A program made the translations under genes and the position numbers. A stretch of DNA of 64,000 nt from a virus. Location of the stretch: positions 18,279-82,278 of IMG/VR virus record IMGVR_UViG_3300045988_051379; one strand, written 5' to 3'. Below the pieces are notes generated by a model. That model was not told the DNA's origin and did not search any database. It saw only the letters and a list, made by a program, of their open reading frames with translations. Below, piece by piece: positions 28,021 through 36,767 of the stretch; positions within the stretch are counted from its first letter, which is position 1, and each line of letters starts with the position of its first letter.

Positions 28021-28303
28021 ATTCATACCTACTCGATATGTGGACAATAACTCCAAGTTGTTGGCAAGAATTTACTTAAATAGACAAAATTCTCGCCGAG
28101 TGGTATTACGAGGATACTATGATTTTGATAAAGAGAAGTTTTACATTTCATCTATATCAAAGAAGGCTAATACAAGGTCTGTGATGAAGTTCTTACTAAA
28201 GACTATAGAATGTAGTAGATTTCATTGGGAGTATTCAGGGAACTATGATGATAAGCTCTATCAAGAGTGGTTAAAGGAACATGCAGTATTTAATAGATTG
28301 TAA
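28010..28303 (+). CDS. hypothetical protein
   Basis: ORF in track. Confidence 0.35.
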   Translation: MAYKFIPTRYVDNNSKLLARIYLNRQNSRRVVLRGYYDFDKEKFYISSISKKANTRSVMKFLLKTIECSRFHWEYSGNYDDKLYQEWLKEHAVFNRL

Positions 28304-28352
28304 AATTATCGTATGAAAGGAATTAATTTAACAGGATTGGACATGAAGAAGT

Positions 28353-28703
28353 TTGTTGGAACCGGCTACAACCCGTCTCAAGACATTATTAACACTAATG
28401 GTAGAGACGATGGAAGAACTAAGAACGGAGAAACTGAAGGATTCACTAATCCAAAGAAACAAAAGGTGGAGGAACCTAAAGAAAGACCAGAAGTATATTA
28501 CTAGGATTAAACTCCACGCTGCCTACTGGTATAATCCAGATAAAACGGCAAGAGGTAGACATTGGACAGAATTATATAATTCTAAATATACGTTTGCCTA
28601 TAAAACAACCAGTACTCCTTGTAGTTGTCCTATATGTAAAGGAGAACGCTATAATAGGAGACAGTTTAAGAAAGAGACAAGAGAATTACTTAATCTAGAA
28701 TAA
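28353..28703 (+). CDS. hypothetical basic protein with CxC...CxxC
   Basis: ORF in track; CSCPICKGE motif. Confidence 0.3.
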   Translation: MLEPATTRLKTLLTLMVETMEELRTEKLKDSLIQRNKRWRNLKKDQKYITRIKLHAAYWYNPDKTARGRHWTELYNSKYTFAYKTTSTPCSCPICKGERYNRRQFKKETRELLNLE

Positions 28704-28773
28704 CTGAATGGGTAATATAAGAAGGCATCAGCACTTTTACTGTGTCATGTAGTTCAATTTGCCTTCTGATGAT

Positions 28774-28846
<73 letters not shown>

Positions 28847-28852
28847 CTAATA

Positions 28853-29155
28853 GTGGTTAACATGATTGGGTTCATAGAGTATTTAATTAGTAAAGGGTAT
28901 CGCAAGGTAATGTCTAAGAAGGGTTCTACATATGTAGAGGATTCTAATATAGGATTTTATTCTTCTATGTCAGAGCATATTGACCTTCGTCTTATTAAAG
29001 GTAAGAAGGAAGTAGTGTATGGATTACATGAGAGAGGACATTCTCCTACTCTTATATATCCTAGACCTAAATGGGTTAAATCTGATGCAGATATGGATAG
29101 ACTATTTCTGAATTATTCATTTGAAGAAATTGCTGAAATGATAGGTTTAAAATAG
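28853..29155 (+). CDS. hypothetical protein
   Basis: ORF in track. Confidence 0.35.
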   Translation: MVNMIGFIEYLISKGYRKVMSKKGSTYVEDSNIGFYSSMSEHIDLRLIKGKKEVVYGLHERGHSPTLIYPRPKWVKSDADMDRLFLNYSFEEIAEMIGLK

Positions 29156-29342
29156 TGCACAATGAGGAGGGTATGCATGTAGAGTTCTATAACATGCTAT
29201 GGGTTGGAGTCGGAGACTGACAAGAACAGTTGGGGCATGACTAAGTAATTGTGCATTTTATAGGTTATCAGACCGGTAGGTAACCTTCCGTAATCAGTCG
29301 GACGTTGGGAGCTGATAGCCCTACGATAGTGTGGCTAAATAT

Positions 29343-29415
29343 GGGCTGTGTAGTGTAAATGGCTAACACATCACTCTTGCACAGTGAAGTTGGAGTTCGA
29401 GTCTCACACGGTCCA
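29343..29415 (+). tRNA. tRNA-Ala (TGC), weak T-stem
   Basis: D-arm GTGT-AAATGGCTA-ACAC and anticodon arm TCACT-CTTGCAC-AGTGA are canonical; the T-stem has only 3 good pairs. Confidence 0.5.
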
Positions 29416-29443
29416 CAGATTGTTGAACTTAAATTGAAAGGTA

Positions 29444-30013
29444 ATGAATCGAGAAGAATTAGAAGATTTGAAAATAACCAAGATTAGTGAAGAGGAATAT
29501 GAACGCCTTAAAGATTCAGACGAAGGAGAAGCTATGGAAGTGTCAATTGACTCATTAAAAGCTGAACAAGAAAAGCTAAAGGAGTCAGCATCATTACTTG
29601 ATGAAGCAAAGAAATCATTTTCAGCTTATTGGTTCTTACTGTCTCTCTTTATAGGACAGAATCTATGTTTGGGTGCTGTATTGTGTCAAATCTATTCAGC
29701 ATGGTCTAAAGGAGAACCCTTCGGATTTATGGTACTATGTGCCATATCAATAATAGTAGCTGCTTCATATTCATGGAATGCAATAAGACCATATCGAGAA
29801 AGATATAAGAATTATAAACAAGTTCGCATTGCTTATAGTCGCCTGGTCGAAGCTAATAGAGCTGTGTTGGAATTACTAGAATATGTAGAATCTAAGCCCA
29901 AAGAAGAAAGAGCTGAAGAAGCCGAAGAGCCAGTAGTTATGGCTGTGGCTGAACTATTCTTTGCTAGAATGGCATATACTAGGGCACTAAAAGAAGGATT
30001 AGAGTTGCAATAA
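29444..30013 (+). CDS. hypothetical protein with a central hydrophobic segment
   Basis: ORF in track. Confidence 0.35.
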   Translation: MNREELEDLKITKISEEEYERLKDSDEGEAMEVSIDSLKAEQEKLKESASLLDEAKKSFSAYWFLLSLFIGQNLCLGAVLCQIYSAWSKGEPFGFMVLCAISIIVAASYSWNAIRPYRERYKNYKQVRIAYSRLVEANRAVLELLEYVESKPKEERAEEAEEPVVMAVAELFFARMAYTRALKEGLELQ

Positions 30014-30021
30014 CTCAATAT

Positions 30022-30095
30022 GGTGGCATTAGCTCAATTGGCAGAGCATTAGGTTGTGGTTCTAAGGGTTACGAGTTCAAGTCTCGTATGTCACC
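30022..30095 (+). tRNA. tRNA-His (GTG) with G-1
   Basis: Extra 5' G pairs with discriminator C; anticodon arm TTAGG-TTGTGGT-TCTAA; T-arm ACGAG-TTCAAGT-CTCGT. Confidence 0.8.
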
Positions 30096-30394
30096 CAATT
30101 CTGCTGTTTAGGTATAAACGTATCATAAATCTTCCTGTTTGGTTTGACTTATTCAGCAGAGTTATATTTTATCTTGAAACGGAATGCCGAGGATGTGGTT
30201 AGGTGAAAATCCTAAAGTGGAATGTAGGGTACGTTGCGTGACGAAGTAATGGGAGTAGGTGCGATGGCAGCTTAATTAAAGTGGAGGCCTCACTAATATA
30301 TGTATGGCTGTACAGCACCGAAGGATTTAGACTGTCCAAAGCAACTGGCGTAATAAAGCATAAAATCCAGTGAAGACGTATGTGTAGGCAGTAT

Positions 30395-30466
30395 GGGGCG
30401 GTAGCTCAATGGTAGAGCGCAGGTCTGAAGAGCCTGGCGTTGGAGGTTCGATTCCTCCTCGCCCCA
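30395..30466 (+). tRNA. tRNA-Phe (GAA)
   Basis: Acceptor GGGGCGG/TCGCCCC, D-arm GCTC-AATGGTA-GAGC, anticodon loop CTGAAGA, T-arm GGAGG-TTCGATT-CCTCC. Confidence 0.8.
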
Positions 30467-30495
30467 CTTTAATAGATTAAATAATTATTAGTAAG

Positions 30496-31017
30496 ATGGA
30501 CAACAATTTGTATTATATCCTAGGAGGCATCGCCTATGGTATATTTATCCTACAATTCATAATATCATGGGTTGCTGGGGAGTTCGATGTCGACGTAGAC
30601 TTTGATGGTGATGCTGACTTTGATGTCAGTGATGTTGTATCCTTTAAAGGATTTATCCATTTCCTCATGGGATTCGGAGGGTGGACATCTATTAAGCAAT
30701 TACTAGGTTATAAAGTAACCTGGATTGATTGGTTAATAGGATTCTTTATAGGTCTTGTATTTGTATTTATGCTGTATCATTTATATAAGTTCTGTATGAA
30801 ATTGCAGAACCTTCCTAAAGACGAACCGAAGACTAACTTAGTTGGCAGAACTGCTACTATCTATGTACATTTAGGTGAAGGGCGCCATTTGGCATCCGTG
30901 AACATAAGTGGAGCATTGAGAGAAGTAGAAGTTGTATCTCTTAATAAGAAGATATATCCTGTCAATGAGCCAGTAACGATTCGTAAATACGAAGACAATA
31001 AATTATACATAGATTAA
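30496..31017 (+). CDS. NfeD-like membrane protein (YuaF/YqiJ-like) with C-terminal OB-fold
   Basis: Multiple TM helices followed by LVGRTATIYVHLGEGRHLASVNISGALREVEVVSL, an NfeD-type beta-barrel segment; directly upstream of a flotillin gene. Confidence 0.5.
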   Translation: MDNNLYYILGGIAYGIFILQFIISWVAGEFDVDVDFDGDADFDVSDVVSFKGFIHFLMGFGGWTSIKQLLGYKVTWIDWLIGFFIGLVFVFMLYHLYKFCMKLQNLPKDEPKTNLVGRTATIYVHLGEGRHLASVNISGALREVEVVSLNKKIYPVNEPVTIRKYEDNKLYID

Positions 31018-31030
31018 TACTAATTTCAAG

Positions 31031-32992
31031 ATGGAAATGACATCATTAATTATCGTTGGTGTAGTTGTACTAGTTGCAATCATCACTATCATTGGGATTC
31101 TATCCCGCTACCGTAAATGTAAATCTGACGAATTGTTGGTAGTTTATGGTAAAACAGGTTCTCATAAAGAGAAAGTTAGCGAACGCGATGCTAAAGGTAA
31201 TCTGGTTGACAGAGAAGTTGAAATTAAAACTGCCAAGGTTTATCATGGTGGTGCAGCTTTTGTATGGCCGATTATACAGGGTTACGAAGTAATGTCAATG
31301 CAGCCGATTCAATTGAATCTTGTATTGAAGAATGCTTTGTCAGCTCAAAATATTCGTGTAACTATTCCTACTACTGTAACTGTTGCTATTAGCCAGGAAC
31401 CGCTGATTATGCAGAATGCTGCTAATCGCTTACTAGGTGCTGATGATGACGTTAAAGAAAGTTTGATTTCAGATATTGTTTATGGTCAGATGAGGCTTGT
31501 TATTGCTTCGATGACTATTGAAGAGCTTAACTCTGACAGAGACAAGTTCCTAGCTCAAGCTAGAGACAATATCAATACGGAATTGAACAAACTTGGTCTT
31601 TATCTGATGAATATCAATATCAGTGACATTCAAGATGCTGCTCAATATATTGATAATCTTGGTAAGAAAGAAGAGACTAAAGCAAGAGCGCAATCACAAG
31701 CTGATATCGCAGAAGAAGAGAAGAAAGGAGCAATCCAGATAGCTCAAACTACGAGAGAGAAGGAGATTGCAATTGCAGCAGCTACTAAGGAGCAAGAAAC
31801 TATAGTGGCTGAAACTAACAGGGAGAAAGAAGTTGCTATTGCTAAGACCACTAAAGAGAAAGAAACTCAATTGGCCGAGCAGCATAAGGAACAACAAATT
31901 GCTGTTGCAGAGCAAAGAAAGGAACGTGAAATTGGTGTGGCTACAGCCCAAACTGAAGAAGCTTCCAAAGTTGCCGAGCAAGAAGCATTGAGAGCTGCCA
32001 AGATTGCAGAGCAGCAAGCTTATGCAACTGCTAAAGAAGCAGAATTTACTGCCAAAGCTGAAGCCGCTAGGGCAGAAGCAGAAGCAGAGAAGGAAGTTCG
32101 TATGGCAGTAGCAGCACAAAACCAAGAAGCTGAAACTGTTAAAGCACAGCAGGAGAAAGAAGCTAAAACTGCACAGTATGAATCAGAAGCCCGTCAAAAG
32201 GCAGCTGAAGCAGAGAAAGCAGCAGGAGTAGCTGAACAGAAAGCTACTATTGAAGTTTCCAAAGCTAAGGGAGAAGCAGAGAAAGCTAAAGCTGAAGCTG
32301 AAAGAGTAGCTGGTACTTCCAAAGTTGAAGCTCAAATGGCAGTTGCTAAAACAGAGCAGGAACGTCAGGTAGAAGTTAATGAAGCTAAAGCTAAAGCTGA
32401 AGAAGCTAAGCTTAAAGCTGAAGTAATTATACCTGCCGAGAAGGCCAAAGAGAAAGCTAAGATTGAAGCAGAAGCTGTTAAGAGTGTAGCCATTCTTGAA
32501 GCAGAAGCGGAAGCAGCTAAAATCTTGAAAGCAGCAGAAGCTAAAGCAAATGCTACTAAGATGCAGCTGGAAGCAGAAGCTGAAGGTACCAAGAAGAAAC
32601 TTCTTGCTGAAGCTGAAGGTAAGAAAGCGTCTTTAATGGCAGAAGCTGAACAGAAACAGGCAATGGAAATGGCTCCGGCTCTTGCAGTTGAACATATGAT
32701 TAAATCAGGTATGCATCCTGAAGCAATCGTTCAATATGCAATGACCGACAGGTGGAAGGAAGTTGCTGAAGCCAACGCTAAGGTATTTGAACATATCCAG
32801 CTTGGTAATGTTACTGTGTATGGTGATTCCAACACTGCTGGACAGTTCATGGCTAATATGGCTAAGAATCTTGCTCCGAGTTTGGAAATTGCCCGTAATT
32901 TGCCTATTGCAGATTCGCTTAAGCAAATAATCACTGGCAAGAAGCCAGAAGAATCACCAGCTAAAGGTGATAATTTTCCTCCTGTAAAGTAA
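31031..32992 (+). CDS. flotillin-like SPFH/band-7 protein (FloT/YuaG/YqiK-like) with a long EA-rich coiled coil
   Basis: N-terminal TM then RYRKCKSDELLVVYGKTGS...VYHGGAAFVWPIIQ, matching the FloT KYRTAGPDEALIVTG...IVRGGGTFVLPVFQ region; ~300 aa of AEAEAK-type repeats. Confidence 0.6.
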   Translation: MEMTSLIIVGVVVLVAIITIIGILSRYRKCKSDELLVVYGKTGSHKEKVSERDAKGNLVDREVEIKTAKVYHGGAAFVWPIIQGYEVMSMQPIQLNLVLKNALSAQNIRVTIPTTVTVAISQEPLIMQNAANRLLGADDDVKESLISDIVYGQMRLVIASMTIEELNSDRDKFLAQARDNINTELNKLGLYLMNINISDIQDAAQYIDNLGKKEETKARAQSQADIAEEEKKGAIQIAQTTREKEIAIAAATKEQETIVAETNREKEVAIAKTTKEKETQLAEQHKEQQIAVAEQRKEREIGVATAQTEEASKVAEQEALRAAKIAEQQAYATAKEAEFTAKAEAARAEAEAEKEVRMAVAAQNQEAETVKAQQEKEAKTAQYESEARQKAAEAEKAAGVAEQKATIEVSKAKGEAEKAKAEAERVAGTSKVEAQMAVAKTEQERQVEVNEAKAKAEEAKLKAEVIIPAEKAKEKAKIEAEAVKSVAILEAEAEAAKILKAAEAKANATKMQLEAEAEGTKKKLLAEAEGKKASLMAEAEQKQAMEMAPALAVEHMIKSGMHPEAIVQYAMTDRWKEVAEANAKVFEHIQLGNVTVYGDSNTAGQFMANMAKNLAPSLEIARNLPIADSLKQIITGKKPEESPAKGDNFPPVK

Positions 32993-33079
32993 TCCTTTTA
33001 CAGTGAATTTCTAAGAAGACTTACAGCATTGAGGTAATCATAAGCGATTGATATAGCATAAATAAGTCTTCTGTGGATT

Positions 33080-33167
33080 GGAGAGTTGGGTGAGTGGCTT
33101 AAACCAGTCCCCTGCTAAGGGACCGAACCTCAAAAGGGTTCCGCTGGTTCGAATCCAGCACTCTCCG
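33080..33167 (+). tRNA. tRNA-Ser (GCT), type II
   Basis: Anticodon arm GTCCC-CTGCTAA-GGGAC, long variable arm with GAACC/GGTTC stem, T-arm GCTGG-TTCGAAT-CCAGC. Confidence 0.8.
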
Positions 33168-33219
33168 CGCTGGCTAATAAGAGTTTGCGAAAATCATTAA
33201 TAACCTAATTATTAGAATT

Positions 33220-33507
33220 ATGGTGAAGGTATTAAATTCAAGAGAATTGAGGAGTATAGATTTAAAATCTATTCCTGATGCAGTTATCTTAGCTTTTAAT
33301 ACTTTAATAGTTAAGAACTGGAGTGGTAAAGCTTCTGAATTTAAGCAATCAGATGTAATAGCCTATGTAGCATCTGAAGGTCTAACTGAAGAAGAAGTAA
33401 TTAAGAACCATTGGTTAGATGTAGAACCTCTATATCGAGAGAATGGTTTTGATGTGAAGTATGTAAGATGTCCAGAAGGCAATAAGTTTGTATTCTGGAA
33501 GGCTTAA
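33220..33507 (+). CDS. hypothetical protein
   Basis: ORF in track. Confidence 0.35.
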   Translation: MVKVLNSRELRSIDLKSIPDAVILAFNTLIVKNWSGKASEFKQSDVIAYVASEGLTEEEVIKNHWLDVEPLYRENGFDVKYVRCPEGNKFVFWKA

Positions 33508-33515
33508 TAAGGTAT

Positions 33516-33588
33516 ACTGGATTCGACTAGTGGTTTAGGTCGACGCACTTTCTATGCGTAAACAGGGGTTCGAATCCCCTATCCAGTG
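33516..33588 (+). tRNA. tRNA-Glu (TTC)
   Basis: Acceptor ACTGGAT/ATCCAGT, anticodon arm ACGCA-CTTTCTA-TGCGT, T-arm AGGGG-TTCGAAT-CCCCT. Confidence 0.7.
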
Positions 33589-33617
33589 CATTAGTAATGA
33601 ATTAATAATTACAGCTT

Positions 33618-34511
33618 ATGAAAGAATATAACAAAGTATTCTTTGGCGAGAAGGGACTAACCCAAACTTCTGCCAATCACCTGGCTAATATAGCTAAGGA
33701 AACAGTAGAATCTAATAGACAAGCTTTAGATTCTGTAGGGTTTGTGAATGTCAATATTAGCTTGCTAAGTGGAGGTAACTCTAGGACTGTGAAGACAGGT
33801 AGAAATGAGGCATATCTTGATAATGTGCCCACATTACTTCAAGAAGTTGCTAATATGAATGCCTTCTGTGCATGGATTCGTGAAGCTATTAAGGCTAGAG
33901 AAGAAGAACTTGAAATTATTAACAGGTACACATGGGATTTATATGCTACAGACGTAGCTGGATTCAAGTTGGACACCCCGATTAAGGGTCATATCCTTAC
34001 CGAAGAGGAAGCAATTGCTTCATTGAGCATTGCAGAACGTATGGAATATTACAGACTAGAAGCAGAAGCATCTGCTATTGGTAAGTATATTCATCCAATG
34101 CGTCCGTTTGCAAACGCCCGTAGAGCTTTAATGGATGCCTATACTAATCCTACTAAGGTTGAAGGTTCTGGCACTGACACAATCGTGTACTCGTATGACC
34201 CGTCTGTTAGTAGCGATAAGGTAGAAGAAACATTCTTTGCATTACAGCAGAAACACAGAGACATATCAGCTAGACTTAATAAGATTAAGTTCAAGATTGA
34301 TAAAATGGTAAAGGATTCTGAATATGAAGTCAATCAGGCTTATAAACAAGCTGTTGATAGATTCAATTTGGATGCCAAAACCCTGTCTCAACAATGTGAA
34401 ACTTGGAAAGTTGAAGAACGTAAGAAACTATTGGAACTTAAGATAGTAATTCCTAATGAGTTACAAGCAACTTACGAGTTACTAACTAAGATTTCCAATC
34501 CAGATAAATAG
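33618..34511 (+). CDS. hypothetical protein
   Basis: 297-aa ORF; no motif. Confidence 0.4.
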   Translation: MKEYNKVFFGEKGLTQTSANHLANIAKETVESNRQALDSVGFVNVNISLLSGGNSRTVKTGRNEAYLDNVPTLLQEVANMNAFCAWIREAIKAREEELEIINRYTWDLYATDVAGFKLDTPIKGHILTEEEAIASLSIAERMEYYRLEAEASAIGKYIHPMRPFANARRALMDAYTNPTKVEGSGTDTIVYSYDPSVSSDKVEETFFALQQKHRDISARLNKIKFKIDKMVKDSEYEVNQAYKQAVDRFNLDAKTLSQQCETWKVEERKKLLELKIVIPNELQATYELLTKISNPDK

Positions 34512-34783
34512 GTGCTATAGTCTTGAATCTCATTGGATTCTAACATAGCTTTGCGTGAGTAGTATGAATTGCATCAAAGACTCTAGTCGACAAATTAATC
34601 GTGTTCTGTATTTCATACAGGGACGATTTCCAGCATAATTAAGTATTATTAATTCAAACCCTGTCAGTCTATTGCGAAGTTACAAAATTCCTTTGACTTT
34701 GCCCTAGATAGCAATAGGCTGGTCTTTGACTTTAATCTTAATTTTGTCATAGTTGCAATTAACTACTCACGACTATTTAACAC

Positions 34784-34855
34784 ACTGCCATCTACTAAGG
34801 GTTAGGTAATCAGTCTCTCACACTGAAAATACGGGTTCGAATCCCGTTGGCAGTA
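34784..34855 (+). tRNA. tRNA-Glu (CTC)
   Basis: Acceptor ACTGCCA/TGGCAGT, D-stem TACT/GGTA, anticodon arm TCAGT-CTCTCAC-ACTGA, T-arm ACGGG-TTCGAAT-CCCGT. Confidence 0.6.
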
Positions 34856-35153
34856 CCTCGTACATAATCCTTCCAATCAGGTAACTGGTTAGGCAATAAT
34901 AATCATGTACACTCTAAGGCGACGTAAGGGATAGGAGCTTAGACGGTAGCTAGCACTGTAGTACGCAATGGTGGGATAGAAACGGCTAGCACCCACTTTC
35001 TATGAATTGCCATGTCTCATTTGGCACATCTGAATAGTGATTGGACACACGATTACAGTAAGAGAATGACTCAGCTAGCGGGAAGGGACAATATCTGAAC
35101 AACTGATTGCAAGTCCAAGCATAGGTTTCGAGGGTAGGTTAAGCAAGCTTCAT

Positions 35154-35226
35154 GGTGCATTCGTTCAGTGATTAGGATGCCTCACTGTCTATGAGGAGAC
35201 CACGGGTTTGAATCCCGTATGCACCG
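35154..35226 (+). tRNA. tRNA-Asp (GTC)
   Basis: Acceptor GGTGCAT/ATGCACC, anticodon arm CCTCA-CTGTCTA-TGAGG, T-arm ACGGG-TTTGAAT-CCCGT. Confidence 0.7.
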
Positions 35227-35284
35227 CTTTCTTTGATTTACAAAGGAGATGTCAGCACACTTGGTAACATCGTCTCCTGTTTAT

Positions 35285-35357
35285 GCCACCTTAACTCAAT
35301 TGGTAGAGTACCGCACTTGTAATGCGGCTGTTTAGGGTTCGAGTCCCTAAGGTGGCT
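35285..35357 (+). tRNA. tRNA-Thr (TGT)
   Basis: Acceptor GCCACCT/AGGTGGC, D-arm ACTC-AATTGGTA-GAGT, anticodon arm CCGCA-CTTGTAA-TGCGG, T-arm TAGGG-TTCGAGT-CCCTA. Confidence 0.8.
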
Positions 35358-35444
35358 CGATTGTAATCTTAGATGATTACAGTTAGATTATAAATTACCA
35401 CACAGAGATGCTTATTGAATTTAACATGTTAAATGTAAGTGTAA

Positions 35445-35825
35445 ATGAGCAGTTTTAAAGAGAAATTAAGTAAGAGTGGACAAAGTGTACTTGATGCAAG
35501 AGCACAGAATCTGTACGAATTGGCTAAAATCGAGGAAGACAGATTTGTCCAGGATTGTAAGTTGAAAGTACTCCGCATTCAGGGAGAAATCAACAAACAC
35601 AATGACCTGGCTGTTAAATCAAGAGACTCTTTGAATCCGGGAGAAGGACTGAATCCGGCTGAATGGGTAAGAACGAGACATGAATTGGCACGTAAACTGC
35701 GTGTTGCAAAGATTGAACTTGCTCTAGCTATGCAAGTCGATGCAGAAGAATTTCCCGCTGATGCATCAGAATCCATTAATTTGGATGACGTGAAAGATGA
35801 CGCTGCTGCAATTGTAAATGAGTAA
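35445..35825 (+). CDS. hypothetical protein
   Basis: ORF in track. Confidence 0.35.
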   Translation: MSSFKEKLSKSGQSVLDARAQNLYELAKIEEDRFVQDCKLKVLRIQGEINKHNDLAVKSRDSLNPGEGLNPAEWVRTRHELARKLRVAKIELALAMQVDAEEFPADASESINLDDVKDDAAAIVNE

Positions 35826-35828
35826 TTT

Positions 35829-36761
35829 ATGGGAGCAGGTAGTTATTCTAGAATTGCTTATGATGTAGAGGCCAGCAGTAGAGGTTTGTACACCTCTACT
35901 AGGGATGAACTCTTTAGTAGCCATGCCATTAATGCATGTAATACTGCTGCATCGCTTAACAACAATGTTAGGCAGTATAACACGCAGATAAGGCAAGAAA
36001 TGGTTAACGTGGGTGTTCGTGAATCTCGTGATTCTAAAGAACATCCTTTCTCTACTCCGATAATCATTGCGCTAGACGTTACTGGTTCAATGATGGACAC
36101 ACCTTATGAAATGATTAGAGAACAATTCCCTAAGATTATGGACTCTCTCATTCAACTAGGTGTACGTGACCCACAAATCATGTTTATGGCAGTTGGGGAC
36201 CACGTTTATGACCGATATCCAATTCAAATTGGGCAGTTTGAGTCTGATACAGCTAAAATTCTTGACACTTTACAATCGTTCGTGATTGAAGGTGGAGGAG
36301 GAGGTAATAGAGGCGAAAGCTATCTACTAGCTCATATTGTGGCAGGTTATCATACTGAAACTGATTCCTGGTTTGAAAGACACACTAAGGGATTCCTATT
36401 TACTATTGGAGATGAACCAAATCTCGATAAGGTAGAGGGGTGTTACTTAGAACATGTTCTAGGGTATCAAAAAGGTGCTAAAACCATTACTTGTCAAGAA
36501 GCTCTTGACAAAGCAAAGGAACAGTACCATGTATTCCACATTCACATTACTAATGCCAGTCATGGCTCAAGGGTTGCTGAATCTTGGAAGACTTTACTTG
36601 GACAGAATGTATTAACATGTGCATCTGGAGAAGTAGACAAGGTGATTGTCACCGCAATTAAAGAGAACTATGAGGAGCCTGTTGAAGGCTTAGCTCCTAG
36701 TGCTTCTGTTAGTCAGGAATGGCAGGATGTGCCGTCTGATAGTAATGACAAATTTTATTAA
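35829..36761 (+). CDS. von Willebrand factor A (vWA) domain protein
   Basis: MIDAS motif in IIIALDVTGSMMD plus a Gly-rich GGGGGNRGESY segment. Confidence 0.55.
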   Translation: MGAGSYSRIAYDVEASSRGLYTSTRDELFSSHAINACNTAASLNNNVRQYNTQIRQEMVNVGVRESRDSKEHPFSTPIIIALDVTGSMMDTPYEMIREQFPKIMDSLIQLGVRDPQIMFMAVGDHVYDRYPIQIGQFESDTAKILDTLQSFVIEGGGGGNRGESYLLAHIVAGYHTETDSWFERHTKGFLFTIGDEPNLDKVEGCYLEHVLGYQKGAKTITCQEALDKAKEQYHVFHIHITNASHGSRVAESWKTLLGQNVLTCASGEVDKVIVTAIKENYEEPVEGLAPSASVSQEWQDVPSDSNDKFY

Positions 36762-36767
36762 ACTGAA

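Noticed and set aside
33014-33072. Rho-independent terminator after the flotillin gene
   Set aside because: AGAAGACTTA/TAAGTCTTCT is a perfect 10-bp inverted repeat, but it encloses a ~40-nt loop and lacks a downstream T-run. It is recorded only as an inverted repeat.
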